Counted from the stretch's first letter, positions 1 through 14,844 are shown. The stretch is 64,000 nucleotides of DNA from Eledone cirrhosa (GCA_964016885.1 OZ024740.1:371380001-371444000), one strand, 5' to 3'. The notes: generated from the letters alone by a model not told the origin. Translations and numbers: made by a program.

Positions 1-1248
1 GTGCACAGGAAAAAGACAACGGAAAGACAGACAGTCCCATCTCCTCTGTCAACCTCTGGAAATTACTACGGTTCGGTATATTAAGGTTGATACCGTTCCT
101 TCCAGTACACATTGGGACATAAAATAGGTAGAGACAAAGACAGGACAAGTTATGCCTTTAGGCGAATTACACAAATATAGATGAAAAAGTATCCCTAGTA
201 CGTCAACTGAAGTAAACTATGCTAGATTGTGCGAGATGAACCCAATGTTTGGAAAACATATATACATTTAGTATTATTGTGAAGCAGTTTGAATCATTTC
301 GGTAGTCATACGGCTAAGTAAGCAGGCACTATAGTCTAACTTCGACAGAATCCTAAAGTCGAAACAAAGCATAACGTTAGTTGCGTTGTTGATCTCATGG
401 GTATATAAGAAATACTTTTAACCATAAAGATTCCTACACATAGCAAGACTAGAATATTTGTTAAGTTTATCAAACTAAGAATGGTTTTCTTAATATTCCT
501 CAAATCCCTCACTTTAAAATTAATGATAAAAAATCTCTATCACAAACGTGAATATGATGTGCATACGCGCGCGCACACACATACACACGCACACGCACAC
601 ACAAATTGAATACTTGTTAGGTTTTTAAAATTTTCTGAAAACTGTTCAATTTTATTATATTGAAATCAAATCATTCTATAAATTCAAATTCCAAAGCATA
701 AAACAAAAACAAAAAACAAAACAAAAAAAAAAAGAACAAACAAATCAAAAACAAATTAATTTATATTTATTCATAACCCAAATTAAATAACAAATGCTTC
801 GAGCGTAATTATAAACTTTTTATCTTACTGTTAAAATTTTTTTTTATTTCAGAAATACTGTTACTAGCTTGTACCATTTTTTTTTCTGAAGTTTTACAAA
901 TAAATATATCTAGTTTTTAAAAGATTTCATACTCTCATTTTCATTCAATGATTTACCAGAACATTTCTCAACAACGTTCACTTGACAAGATTATCGTGGC
1001 CAAAATAAAGACCCAGGATACATTTGGCAGAATGAACCAAGGTGTTTTATAACATCTGCATATCAATATATTGCTATCAGAGTAAAATCTGCATCTGAGG
1101 TTTACATCAGCAACAATGAGTCAGGTGTATAGATTCTAACGTTTCGAGATTTGCCTTTCATTTAAGGAGAATGCTCTTCTTCACTATCATAGAAAGGGCA
1201 TGACCCAACACATTAGATTCTCGATTATTATTGTTGTTGTTATTGTTA

Positions 1249-1410
1249 GAGGGCAGTGCATTCTGAGAATTGTTAGTGTCGGATAAAATCACTTTCGGTA
1301 TTTAATTAAGCCCCTTTAGATTCTGAGTTCACATTTCGTCGAGATTAACTTTGCTTCCGAGGGACGATGAAATAAAGTAACAGCGAATTACTGAGGTCTG
1401 TATAATTGAC
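1249..1410 (+). mobile_element. Old diverged tRNA-derived SINE copy
   Basis: Contains ttctgagttcacatt...ttaactttgc...gatgaaataaagtaacag, matching the SINE body seen throughout the window. Confidence 0.55.
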
Positions 1411-2578
1411 TGTTTCCTCCTCCAATTTTTTGTCTTTGTGCGTATGCAAGAAATCCATATTATTATAATCAATTTAGGTTCTTCTTGCGTATGAGACTGT
1501 TTCTTTCTCATGTTATTGTCGTTCGCCTGATCTAAATCAGAGATCACTGATCAGTTTCCAGGGCTTACCGCTAGGGGGTCGACAACCAGAACCCCACTTT
1601 GAGTTGAGAAGACAGGTCTATAAGTGAACATACTCTTCTGAAGATCTTTTGCACAACTACCGAATAAAAACCCACATGGGAAAGAAATTAGTTATTAGCA
1701 TAAAAACTCACGCTCTACAGGGAAAGTCTCGTGAATCTCTTAAATAACAATGGATGTTGCATTCAATGTACCAGATCGACTGACAGTTGTAAGGACAACA
1801 CTCATGTCTAAGCACCAGGAAACCCATCTTACCCTTAGCATGTTTAAATGTTATGTATAAACTGTACACATCTTTGAATGTATTTCTCTAAGATCACCGT
1901 CAAAGAAACATCGTGCGGCCAACGAATAAGCTGTGAAAAAAAGAAGACGAAAAAGACTTTTGAGGTTGTGCTGAACAGTTTCTCATCCTACTAACTGTGT
2001 AGCTAGAAGATAACAGATACTAAAATCACCATGTCATGTAAAAGTTCCATTAAAAGATTAACTATAACGTTGTACACACAGCTATCAGAAAAGACTGATG
2101 AAACTACTACAGTCACAAACAAAATAAGGTTATCAACAGGAAATTCCAAGGTGTTAGCTTGTGTATAATCTAGTTCGATCTGACAGTGAATCCCTTGTCA
2201 GCTATGTTGAGTAAATGACAAGACAGTTAGAGCTCGTCACATTTTCCCATGATATACAAATGGATTTCAATCAGGATAAATGTTTATATTTACTAGTTAA
2301 TCAGGGAAAGATTTTCGGTCAGACGAAGGATATGAATATCCATGGATTGTCTATCTACTCAAATTCCAGTGACGAATGCTACAAGTACGAGTATCTCGGA
2401 ATTGACGAGAATATTTCATAAGCTGGTGATGTGACTAAAGTCTAAAGTGACAAAAGAAAACTTTAGCAGACATCGGAAAGTATGGAAGTCAGAGCTGCTT
2501 GCATTCAATTAGACCATATCCCATTATGTTTTTGTAGTGCTAGTGATAGTACCAACTATTCAGCATTATATGTAGAGG

Positions 2579-2764
2579 ATTGGCAGTATCGGTAGAGGGT
2601 TGGACGCCATGCTTTGCAGCATAGAGTTATGGTCCTTTACGTACGTTCTGAGTTCAAATCCCGCCGAGGTTAACTTTGTCTTTCATCCTTACGGGATAGA
2701 TAAAATAAAGTACCAGTAATGTACTGGGATAATTGCTGGCCTGTACCAAAAGTAGAAACAATTA
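2579..2764 (+). mobile_element. Young ~185-bp tRNA-derived SINE (family A) with 14-bp TSD
   Basis: Box A-like TGGCAGTATCGG, box B-like GAGTTCAAATCC, central ctttcatccttacggg..cgataaaataaagtaccag domain (recalled as Meta-SINE-like, unverified), 3' gtagaaacaattat. TSD ATTATATGTAGAGG at 2565-2578 and 2761-2774. Confidence 0.9.
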
Positions 2765-2774
2765 TATGTAGAGG

Positions 2775-2981
2775 GTGGTGATTTGGCAGAATTAGTAGAG
2801 CGTCGGATAAAATGCCATTGCGGTATTTGTTCTGGCTGTTTACATTGAGTTCAAATCCCGCTTTGTCTTTCCTCCTTCTGGAGTCGATAAAATAAGTTCC
2901 AATCAAGTACCGGGGTTGATTAATTAACTTTATCCTTCATCCAAATTTGCTGGCCTTGTGCGTAAATCAGAAATCAATATT
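2775..2981 (+). mobile_element. Older related SINE copy
   Basis: tggcagaattagtagagcgtcgg head, gagttcaaatcccg, gagtcgataaaataag and tggccttgtgc tail. Confidence 0.75.
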
Positions 2982-4366
2982 TAGGATATCCGCAACATGG
3001 CTATCAAGACTAGAAAGATACGGACTACCATCGGTAATTTCCACACCATCAGTGACACTGACAAATTTAGTTAAACAGAGGAATGAAAGCAAAGCCATAA
3101 GGCCATAAGTCGTAACCTTTGAATGCTGCATTGTATCCCACAGGCAACACCTATTAAACAGTAAATGGAGAATGAGTACACCACATATTAACTTAATAGT
3201 GAACAAAACATCTTGCGAGTAAGTAAAGAACTAGTGAGTAGGTACTATTCTATGTGATCCAAGGATAGGAGCACTAACGCATGTAAATAGAAACTTGGAA
3301 GAGAAATACTCTTTATATGATCAGAAAGTAATTCATGAGTACATATTCCACAATCTAGAGGATACTAACAATATTGACAAGAAGAGTAGTCTCTCCTGGA
3401 ACTGTGATACATCAAATCACGCTTAGAAGAATACAATTTCGGTATTCAGAAACAAGGAATAACTACAAGATATATAATTAATAAAGGAGACAGGAATTTA
3501 TCAAAATTTCCATGTTGTGATAGTTGTGAGAGAAAATGTCGATAGTATCATGTCAGTGTGGAAGATATCCACATCATGAAGAGTTATCCAAAAATGCCCG
3601 CAAGGTATTACCTTCCCATCAGACAACAGTGTGGCAAAAAGCATCTACAATGCTATTCGCAAGGATTGCAACGACGTTTATATCAAAAGCACACTTGAAC
3701 TAGAATGTCACTACACATTTCAACATAAAGAATACTGGTGGAACATCCTAATAAAAAGAGCTACGTGGTGCAAACACAACGGACATTGTGTAGTACTATG
3801 GGACAGGGAACAAACGCCATACACAAAATCTGGAAAAATTATGTAGTAACGGTATAATCGTATTCAAAACTGAACTTATCACATGTATTCGCTAATCTCA
3901 GCAATAAACCCACGCAGTTAGCTTATATCGGAACAAGATGCTTACATAATGACAAAAACAATTTGATAGAGTTAAAAGCAATCCAATATTAAGATGTAAA
4001 TTCAGTTATTTTTTTTTGCTGGTACATTTATCTTCGTCAACTTCAGATTTGACACATAACTATAACAAATATAACAAAAACAATAATAAAATATTCATTT
4101 GAAAAATAAATTAAACTCATTGTAATTAACTGAAACAAGCTGATTAGAACTGGCAGTTTTAATTACATATATTTACATATGTAATACATAAATGCAATCA
4201 GATACATACACATGTACATATATATATAAACACCTACGTCCGTATATACATTATGTATGTATGTATGTATGTATGTATGTATGTATGTATGTATGTATGT
4301 ATGTATGTATGTATGTATGTATGTATGTATGTATGTATGTATGTATGTGTGTATGTATGTGTATGT

Positions 4367-4972
4367 CAGGTCACCAGTTGGTGCTACTGGTAACATGTAT
4401 CCCAGTACAACCTGTCTCATGGTCGGGTCGTTGGCGACTAAACTGGCAACCCCACCAAGGTTTCTTGGTGAGGAGGGTGACTTTGGACATCCTGCAGGAC
4501 TAAAAACAAAACCTGTCAAAGGGCAAAGGATCTCTTAAGAGTCAATGGCCATCCAAAATCACCGGGAGAGATGACCCCTTAGCCTTTGTCAAGGCAGAAT
4601 TCTAGGAGAAGGAAAACTCTGATATAACACCTGCAACCCTGGTGGTATCCAATGATGTTGACTTGTTCTTCTTTTTGGTAAATATCATCTTGGTTAAGAG
4701 AGTGGGACTGGCTTTGTGCAGTGCCTTTGCTCACTATAAAAGCTTCACGGCACAGGCATTGCTTTATATCTGGAGATCTCTCTGCACTTGTCGTCACATG
4801 GTACCATGGGCCCAGCACTATGTGTCAATAATTGTCACAAGTGTAGTGTTTGTACCAGAGTATTCAAGTCGCTGGCTGGACTAAAAAATCACACTCGTTC
4901 AGCGCATCGATAGGGGTTCTCCTACATGGATATAAGGTAGTGGCTGTATTCGAAAAAGAGTTGGCAGCCACC
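4367..4972 (+). mobile_element. Non-autonomous RTE-derived element, copy 1 (5' UTR-like part fused to ORF2 C-terminal C2H2 finger and 3' UTR, (TATG)n tail)
   Basis: 4836-4913 encodes HKCSVCTRVFKSLAGLKNHTRSAHR*, an RTE/BovB-type terminal C2H2 finger. ctaggagaaggaaaactctga resembles RTE 5' UTRs. (TATG)n on both sides. Confidence 0.7.
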
Positions 4973-5044
4973 ATGTATGTATGTATGTATGTATGTATGT
5001 ATGTATGTATGTATGTATGTATGTATGTATGTATGTATGTATGT

Positions 5045-5650
5045 CAGGTCACCAGTTGGTGCTACTGGTAACATGTATCCCAGTGCAACCTGTCTCATGG
5101 TCGGGTCGTTGGCGACTAAACTTGCAACCCCACCAAGGTTTCTTGGTGAGGAGGGTAACTTTGGACATCCTGCAGGACTAAAAACAAAACCTGTCAAAGG
5201 GCAAAGGAGCTCTTAAGAGTCAATGGCCATCCAAAATCACCGGGAGAGATGACCCCTTAGCCTTTGTCAAGGCAGAATTCTAGGAGAAGGAAAACTCTGA
5301 TATAACACCTGCAACTCTGATGGTATCCAATGATGTTGACTTGTTCTTCTTTTTGGTAAATATCATCTTGGTTAAGAGAGTAGGACTGGCTTTGTGCAAT
5401 GCCTTTGCTCACTATAAAATCTTCACGGCACAGGCATTGCTTTATATCTGGAGATCTCTCTGCACTTGTCGTCACATGGTACCAAGGGCCCAGCACTATG
5501 TGTCAATAATTGTCACAAGTGTAGTGTTTGTACCAGAGTTTTCAAGTCGCTGGCTGGACTAAAAAGTCACACTTGTTCAGCGCATCGGTAGGGGTTCTCC
5601 TACATGGATATAAATTAGTGGCCGTACTCGAAAACGAGTTGGCAGCCACC
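5045..5650 (+). mobile_element. Non-autonomous RTE-derived element, copy 2 (tandem, period 678 bp)
   Basis: Collinear with 4367-4972 with scattered substitutions; separated by (TATG)n 4973-5044. Confidence 0.75.
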
Positions 5651-5976
5651 ATGTATGTATGTACACATATAAGTATATACATACAAATATTTTTAGCGGG
5701 GTTAATGATAACTATTTGTTTGGTGATGGTGTGGTTGCCATATGGATTGTTCATTTGTAGTGGTAGTGATGAAGTGATATTATCGTAGGGAAGATGATTT
5801 CCCAAATCTCATGGATAAGAATTAGCAGATGAACAAGACACCGCTAATTTAAATGTTTCGAAATCATGTGCAACAATGAACAACGGAAAAAGATGCAAGT
5901 GTTGATGCAGTATGTTATGTATTCAAATGTTGAATACCATAACTGAAGCCCCCCTATATTACTTGGGCCCCCTCTC

Positions 5977-6057
<81 letters not shown>

Positions 6058-6082
6058 ATATTTGTATGTATATATATGTATG

Positions 6083-7071
<989 letters not shown>

Positions 7072-7226
7072 TAATATTTGTGTGTGTGTGTGTATATACA
7101 TATTATATATAATATAATTATTATATATTATATACGCACAGATATGTATGTAATCTGAAATTTAATCTAGGTATATCTACAATTTCATCCCGATTTCAAA
7201 ATGTAAACTCAGCAAATAATTAACAC

Positions 7227-7280
<54 letters not shown>

Positions 7281-9064
7281 ATATATAAACACACATATAC
7301 ATACACACACACATATGCATAGCCACACACAATCACACACACACACACACATACACATACACACACATACAAACACATGCACACGCACCCGCGTGCATTG
7401 AAATTTAATATTTCAGCTGGTTTTCAATTTGGCTTAATGGTATTTTGTTAAGAATCTCTGAAAATTGCAATTTTAGAAATTTACTTTACATCTGTAAAAA
7501 TCTCATTTTATTATGTTTCATTATATCTCCTTTTCTTTCTTTATTCATTTATTTATTAGTTATTCATCGTTCTTTAAAGAAAAATAATTTTCTTTCTTTT
7601 ATTACTCATGACTAATTCCTAAAATAAAATTTAAAACACATTTTAAAAGCATTTCTGAATGTTAGAAGTAGCACAAAGTCGTGGGTTGGTAATTTCGCTG
7701 CAGGCATTGTGTTGTGTTTGTCGGGTTTTATGACAAAAAGCACTCATCTGTGTATGACATTGAAATAGAGAGACACATTTTACTTCTCGTCCGCATTAAT
7801 GCCATATAATGCCGGGTAGCTTAAAATGGAACGCTTTTCACCATTTTGTTTGTGTAACTGATGCGAGATGATGTGACTTTCATACCTTTTACAAACCCAA
7901 AATGAATCATCTGTGATATATGTCGTCTTTTTTGCCCGATAAGGCAGAAATAGCGACTAAGTCTCCCCCAATCACACAACATCTTGAAACAAAGGAAATG
8001 ACTCATTAGTGATTGTAGTACTAGATTTACTATGTATAAATGAAAGATAGTATGGTCATTATATGTTTGTTTGCTCAAACAAGAAGAACAAAAGCGATGT
8101 CAAAAAGACATGCAAATTCAACACATCAAGATTATTTTAAATGGCTTGCATCGTTGCTATTAACAAAAGCATGACCAAGTGGTTAAGAAGTTCGCTTCGC
8201 AATCATAATGTTCCATATTCGTTCCGTCTACAAGTTTCCTGGGGCAAGTATATTTTAACATAGTATTGTTTCTTTACAAGTCCAATGAGTAAAAGTGGGA
8301 TGACAGAATCTGTATAGAAACCCGTTGGTTGAGCTGTGCCTATAATTCACATGAGCCAGCCATATGTCATATTGATTCTGCAACGTCCTTGTGGAACACT
8401 CAACAATGTATATATAGTTCAGTTGATCGTACACTGGAATATTCATCGTCAAAATCGACGGAAGATCATTTACTTTCTGAAAAATATTAGTGACGTAAGT
8501 GAAGTTATATTGTTACAGTCAGATATCGAAATTATGCCGCTGTCAATTCAGAAAAATGTTGGACGTCCACGGTAGGAACATCTTAGACGACATATCTTTT
8601 GAATCAAAGCTCAATTGGGGCTACACAATAACAAACAATAACCAAATTAGATATGTATGTGATTAGCTATATGGATTTCAAGAAAGTACCATCCGTAAGC
8701 TGTAAGCATGGTAGGTAGATAACAAAATTGCAGCTGGGCAAAGTTAAGTGAACGTAATTCTTGTCAACCATTGAAGTAAAATTTACCTTTCACTCTTCCG
8801 AGGTCGATGAAATAAGGTACCAGTCAAGAATTATAGTCGCTTAAATCGACAATAGATATCCCTCATATTTGAGGCTTGGACCTTCAACCATCTTATACTT
8901 ATTTCTAGTGTAAAGAGGATATGGAATTTGGAGACGCACATTCGTATATTACCGACTGATTACGAACAGACAGTCGCTACATTTGGCCCGCTGTAGGAAT
9001 GGTTATGCAATCGACTGGCCCACTTGTAACTTAAAATATTAGGCAATAGTTATTAACTGATGCA

Positions 9065-9262
9065 AGGGTGGCAGATTGACAGTATTGGTAAAGCGCCAGA
9101 AAAATGCCATTGCGGTGTTTGTTCCGCTTCTTTACATCATGAGTTCAAATCCCACTGAGGTCGACTTTGTTTTCAACCATCTGGAATCGATAAAATAAAG
9201 TAATAATCAAGTGTTGAAGTTGATTTAATGAAATATGCTTGCCTTGTGCCTACATTACAAAT
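9065..9262 (+). mobile_element. Older SINE copy
   Basis: gagttcaaatcccactgaggtcgactttg...atcgataaaataaag...gccttgtgcc. Confidence 0.7.
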
Positions 9263-9669
9263 TAATAATTATTGAATGGTGAAAAAAGAACAAAATGAAA
9301 CCAAGCAAGTTTTACTAAGAAACAGTCTTTTTTGACATAAACAGATAAGATAGAAATTCAGTTATGCCTTCAATATTGTTCTTGCTTAATTAATTTTAAT
9401 TATTTCCGCTTCAATTTTCACACCTGAATAATAGTAATCATAACACTTGCAAAGAATGTTATCTGTAGTACTCATGTATCAAATTAAATAAACAAACAGC
9501 CAAACAAAATCCTTCCTTTCCAAATTTATTCTGAAAAGTTTGATGGAGAATTTAAAGTAGGACGGCATTTTTAGTGATTCTGTGATGAAGTGTCACGAAG
9601 CAGAGTTGAACTGTAATGAGACAATGTGAGCTAATGAATAATTTAGTAATTTTACAACATGCTTATAAA

Positions 9670-9852
9670 TGCCAGTTGTTGTTTAGACTCAAAGCGGGTT
9701 TTATCGAGCAAACATGATTAAAGACGTCCAGCAGTAGTCGCCAAGTCCTAGGATTGCATTGATTAATGTAATTCTACTTTTATTACGGTAGTGTGTAATT
9801 TTCAGGGAAATTTGGCTGATATTTCTAGCAAGCTGGGTGCGCACGTAAATGC
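9670..9852 (+). repeat. Second dispersed ~200-bp repeat family (unclassified)
   Basis: Shared motif ...atttggctg(c/a)tatttctagca... with related copies at about 19920-20100, 22305-22500, 40810-41150 (-) and 62345-62560 (-). Confidence 0.5.
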
Positions 9853-10249
9853 ATACCCATAAGTTCGTGCGGCAAGTTCTATCATTCTATGATACTCACA
9901 GCTAGAAAAACGAGTGGTTAGCAGTTAAGTAAATTTTGCCATAGACAAAGCATTATACCGAGGACAATAAAATTCAGTAAACATTCAATTCACCGATTCC
10001 CAGCTTTCAATAAATGAATTATAAATAAATAATTAAAATAAATAACAACAGAGAAATGTTTTCACAGATTTAAGACCCAGCTGTGAAAATGCACGGACTC
10101 TAAAGTAGTTATATATCGTAAAGTGCATTCGCCAGTTGTTACATGTCTATCTGCTAACGCTTTTGTAAAGTGAATAAACCATCGCTCAATCGCGCATACC
10201 AGAACAGGTTCAGCACGAAAAAGAAAGAAAAAGCTTTGCACACGCACAT

Positions 10250-10560
10250 GCCACGTTCGATGTAATGGTGACAGATTAGGCAACTGAGAGAAGGAAAAAT
10301 ATTCCATTGCAGATCAGGCCAGAACGAGACAACTTCAAAATCAGGTGTAGCAGAGCGTGTATGGAGCGATAATGGAAATCACTAACCATTATGGAATGAA
10401 GTTTCCATTATTGACAAGGAACCACACTGGATGTGATGAAAAGATCAAAAGAGTCTGCATGTAAGGGCATTATCAACGAATACCATTAGTAAATCTAGCA
10501 CATACTTCAAAATCAATATACCAATCTACATTTAGATATGTTGAAACTTGGCGCCTAAGC
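10250..10560 (+). pseudogene. Penelope/Poseidon-type GIY-YIG endonuclease C-terminal remnant
   Basis: Translates KSGVAERVWSDNGNH*PLWNEVSIIDKEPHW..., matching the PLE KSxVAEHxW...H...W..V.IIDKE pattern; stops present. Confidence 0.55.
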
Positions 10561-10648
10561 AGAAGAGAAAGGACATGGGCAAAATTCAAATAGTCATTCA
10601 ATTGTAAATAAAATTTTTACAATGAATGCATTTTGGGCAAATTCTCAT

Positions 10649-11294
<646 letters not shown>

Positions 11295-11331
11295 AACAAT
11301 GAAGTAGAAGTCATTTATTTGTTACACAATC

Positions 11332-11394
11332 GCTGTTATTCCTATTTCGTTCGAGAGTAAATGTCATGTAAAAGTTATGACCTCATCAGACAGC
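11332..11394 (-). ncRNA. Type-I hammerhead ribozyme motif (inverted pLTR arm)
   Basis: Reverse complement reads gctgt-CTGATGA-ggtc...gaac-GAAA-taggaa-TA^acagc; stem I 5 bp. Confidence 0.6.
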
Positions 11395-11629
11395 TATAAT
11401 GTAAAGAGAATGTTACACGAATAAAATTTACATGAATGGATTAACATGACCAAAAATAAAAAAAAATGTATTCTTGCAGTGTCCATATGTCACCAGGGTT
11501 TTGACGGAATACATCAATAACCCACCCGTAGCACATCACTGAATGGAAACTGCATCAGTAATTTTTGTTTTTGTTGATGTTATTTCATTCACGTAAATTT
11601 TACGTATGTAACTTTCTGTTCATGTTTTA

Positions 11630-11688
11630 GCTGTCTGATGAGGTCGTAACTGTTATCTAACAGTTACCACCGAAATACGTATACCAGC
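11630..11688 (+). ncRNA. Type-I hammerhead ribozyme motif
   Basis: gctg(t)-CTGATGA-GGT c GTAACTGTTA tc TAACAGTTAC c ACC-GAAA-TACGTA-TA^(c)cagc; palindromic stem III ATACGTAT as in PLE minimal HHRs. Confidence 0.75.
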
Positions 11689-11843
11689 GATTGTGTAACA
11701 AATAAATGAGGCAAATTATAGCCTACTGACTCTACTTCATTGCCATACCAATACTCCAGTATACACAGATCTACATGTATACTGCGTATACTTGTGTAGG
11801 TTGATTAACTAACACAATATATATATATATATATATATTGGTT

Positions 11844-11894
11844 AGTTTCAGAAGATCCCGTTAAGGGTGAAAGCAGCGATTCTTTGCTTAAACT
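11844..11894 (+). ncRNA. Degenerate hammerhead motif in ~70-bp insert between two (TA)n tracts
   Basis: agttt-CAGAAGA-t ccc gttaa ggg t-GAAA-GCA gcgattctt TGC-TT^aaact; core U4 is replaced by A. Confidence 0.5.
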
Positions 11895-11905
11895 TTAATC
11901 TGTTA

Positions 11906-11959
<54 letters not shown>

Positions 11960-11960
11960 C

Positions 11961-12037
<77 letters not shown>

Positions 12038-12239
12038 TGTGTGTGTGTTTGTGTGTGTCTGTGTGTGTGTTTGTGTGTGTGTGTATATATGTGTGTGTGT
12101 GTATAGGTAATGAAGACTGATTTACGTACAAACGTACACAGAACAGACAAGTATTAACAGAATGCGCACGCCATGATGTAATCAAAGTATACGATTTATC
12201 CTTCTGCTGTTCAACATCATGAAGCAGTTTAGAAAACGT

Positions 12240-13600
12240 TTTCCAAGAGGTTTATTATACATCCACCGATGCAAAATTATGTTGTATCCTGGAGTCGCTA
12301 GGTTTATTGGACCTAAAAATATGAATTGTCATCTATTTTATCCGACCGAGGCTGATTAAACTTCAGCTTGTGTCTAAGTGACCCACTGTTGATCCACTGA
12401 TCATTCCTCTTTATACATAGCCATCTAGAGGATGTCTTCTCTACTGCACCCACATTAGCTTTGATGGCTCTTCTCTTGCTTGCTCATGTAATGTCTAGAG
12501 TTTCATAGGCTTTACTAAAGGAATGAGTTACAAACTCTCGGCTGCAAACCTCCACTGACATGCACCTGGTCGCTCACTAATTTCTGCGACTGTCTTCCAC
12601 CAACTCCTGGTACTCTTCCTTGTTTCTTTCTTGTGCCTCCTCCATTCTCTTCTTCTAGGCTACTGAAAGTTCCATTAAAATGAGCTATCTTCTTACCTCG
12701 AAAATCAAAATGATGTCTGGTTTCAGCGTGGATTGAATAATATATGATAGAATTTTCAACCACATTTCCAAGCCAACTGCCATCACAATGTCTCATGCTG
12801 TGACAAGCAAACCAGCTGATCAACTTTTTTATCAATCATTATGATCATTTTAGCTGAAGTATATGTTCGTCTGCTGTCTCTGATTTTCTTGCTGTTGCTT
12901 CAGCGATGATTTTGAGGGCCTGATCATCTCAACAGAAATAGCGCCTGTCGCCCAGTGCTTTGGAGCAACTGCTTAGGATATGTTTTGGAACAAAAGGACA
13001 TGTTTTGTTCCAGCTCATCCAACCAAGAAAACAGTTTGGATGAGCTGAGCATGCATGTATACATGGATCCGTAACTTCTGAAGGAGTCGAAAGGATGCCG
13101 TAGGCATTAAAAAAACCTGACTGAGCTCATCTACTCTCCAGGTCTGAATGTAGCACATTTCTTCTAGAGAGGGATAGAGAGTGAGAGAATATAAAATCGA
13201 GAAAGAGATACAGAGAAAAAATCGATTCCAGTATTTAACAAGTACTTTTTTTGTCGACCTCGAATGGATGAAAGGCAAAGTTGATCTCGGCGGTTTTTGA
13301 ACTCAGAGAGCAGATAGCCAAAACGAATACTGCAAAGCATTCTATCCGACGTTCTAACGACTCTACCAATGTGCCGCCTACAGATGAGCTGAACAGGACA
13401 CCATAAGTCCCCTGAAAAAAAAAAGAAAAAAAGAATTTGATCATCTGTGGGTTCTACTTCTAGCTGACCTGGCAACACACCCGAAATTCGAAGCCATTGC
13501 CACCTCTTTGCAAATATTCGGTCCAAGTCTTGAGTTTGAGGAGGCTCTGAAAAAGATCCTGGTCGTTGCCCTTCAACTGCTGAGTAAGCAATAAAAAAGG
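12240..13600 (-). mobile_element. 5'-truncated degenerate HERO-clade (REL-type) non-LTR retrotransposon
   Basis: Minus strand: QGTYGVLFSSS, HILSSCSKALGDRRY, STLKPDIILIFEVRR*LILMELSVA*KKRMEEAQERNKEEYQELVEDSRRN...VEVCSREF...KRRAIK...SRWLCIKR, matching the HERO LRPD..ELTVPWE..EVGCRGF..SRWLWIKR pattern; followed by a 3' UTR. Confidence 0.8.
13049..13382 (-). mobile_element. Long-tailed SINE variant inserted in HERO, 10-bp TSD
   Basis: Same head and central domain as family A but a different ~170-bp 3' tail; TSD GATGAGCTGA at 13039-13048 and 13383-13392. Confidence 0.8.
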
Positions 13601-13699
13601 ATATAGGGCTATTGACTGGCAGCTCAAAACATTCATTACGTTAACATGAAAAATTTAAACTAGCTTTAGCATATTTAATGGATTGAGTATTAAATGTAA

Positions 13700-14020
13700 G
13701 TCTATATATGGACCCGTAGCTCTTGGTGGAGCCGTAGATGTACCACTGTAACATTTAAAATCTGGCGGAGTTTATCCCCTCTCCAGATCTGACGCAGCAA
13801 ATGTCTCCACGAGTGAGAGAGTGTGTGTGTGAGAGAGAGAGTGTGTGTGAGAGAAAGAGAGTCGACATCAGTACTACTGAACTGGAACTTATTTCATTAA
13901 ACGTGAAAGGAACAAAGACGAAGTTGACCTCAATGGGATTTGAACTCAGAGTTCAGAGAGGTGGAACGAATACGGCAAAGTATTCCATCTAACGTTCTAA
14001 TGATTCGACCAATTCGCTGC
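13700..14020 (-). mobile_element. Long-tailed SINE variant, diverged copy
   Basis: Shares ctctccagatctga tail and gggatttgaactcag head with 13049-13382. Confidence 0.6.
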
Positions 14021-14251
14021 TTTCTTAGTATTAAATACCTAATTAGAAATACTAAAACGCGGTGAGAAAACAAAATGACATTACTCGTCATTTCATAGTA
14101 TTACTTTCGTATGGAAGTATCTGGTAGATCGAATGTAGTGCCTGGGTCTGACGTGGTGAGTATCTCATAGAGTAAATATACCTAATAGAAACTCTCGCCT
14201 TCCTATATTTATGACATTCTCCATTTTCTCCGTGGAGTTCAAAGATAATGG

Positions 14252-14482
<231 letters not shown>

Positions 14483-14844
14483 ATAGACCCAGACAACATA
14501 CATGTTATAAATATTTATCTATATAATACTCTTTTAATCTTTTACTAGTTCCAGTTAACGGGCTATGACGAAGTGTATCGTGTATACACATACATACATA
14601 TGCAAACACACACATACACCTCACACACACACACACATACAGCACACACAAACACACATTAGATATACACATAAACATATATGTATATAGTTATATATAT
14701 ATATTTGTCTGCCTCTCTGTTTTGTTCCCGTATAAATTTGCACTATATATATATATATATATAGTGCAAATTTATGTGTGTGTATGTGTGTGTATGTATA
14801 TGTATGTATTTATTTATGTATGTAAGTATGTATGTGTGTATGTA

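Larger units (their letters stand above)
1560..3850 (+). mobile_element. Degenerate R4/Dong-clade non-LTR retrotransposon (RT + CCHC + REL endonuclease remnants), interrupted by two SINEs at 2579-2981
   Basis: Frame-hopping translation gives R4-type motifs in order: ACLNVMYKLYTS (~1840), a degraded RGIFQGDSL-like segment and LTVNPLS (~2140-2200), FSHDIQMDFNQDKC...YLGIDENI (ORF 2215-2421), a degraded zinc-knuckle region PKMPARYYLPIR (~3590), and EYWWNILIK...CKHN...VVLWDRE (ORF 3631-3846). Many stops and frameshifts; boundaries approximate. Confidence 0.75.

Noticed and set aside
4367-5650. LTR pair or CRISPR-like repeat
   Set aside because: No TG...CA ends, PBS or internal region; the separator is a microsatellite, with no repeat-spacer pattern.
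7680-8600. Non-repetitive stretch with short ORFs as host exons
   Set aside because: No recognisable domain or consistent splice pair.
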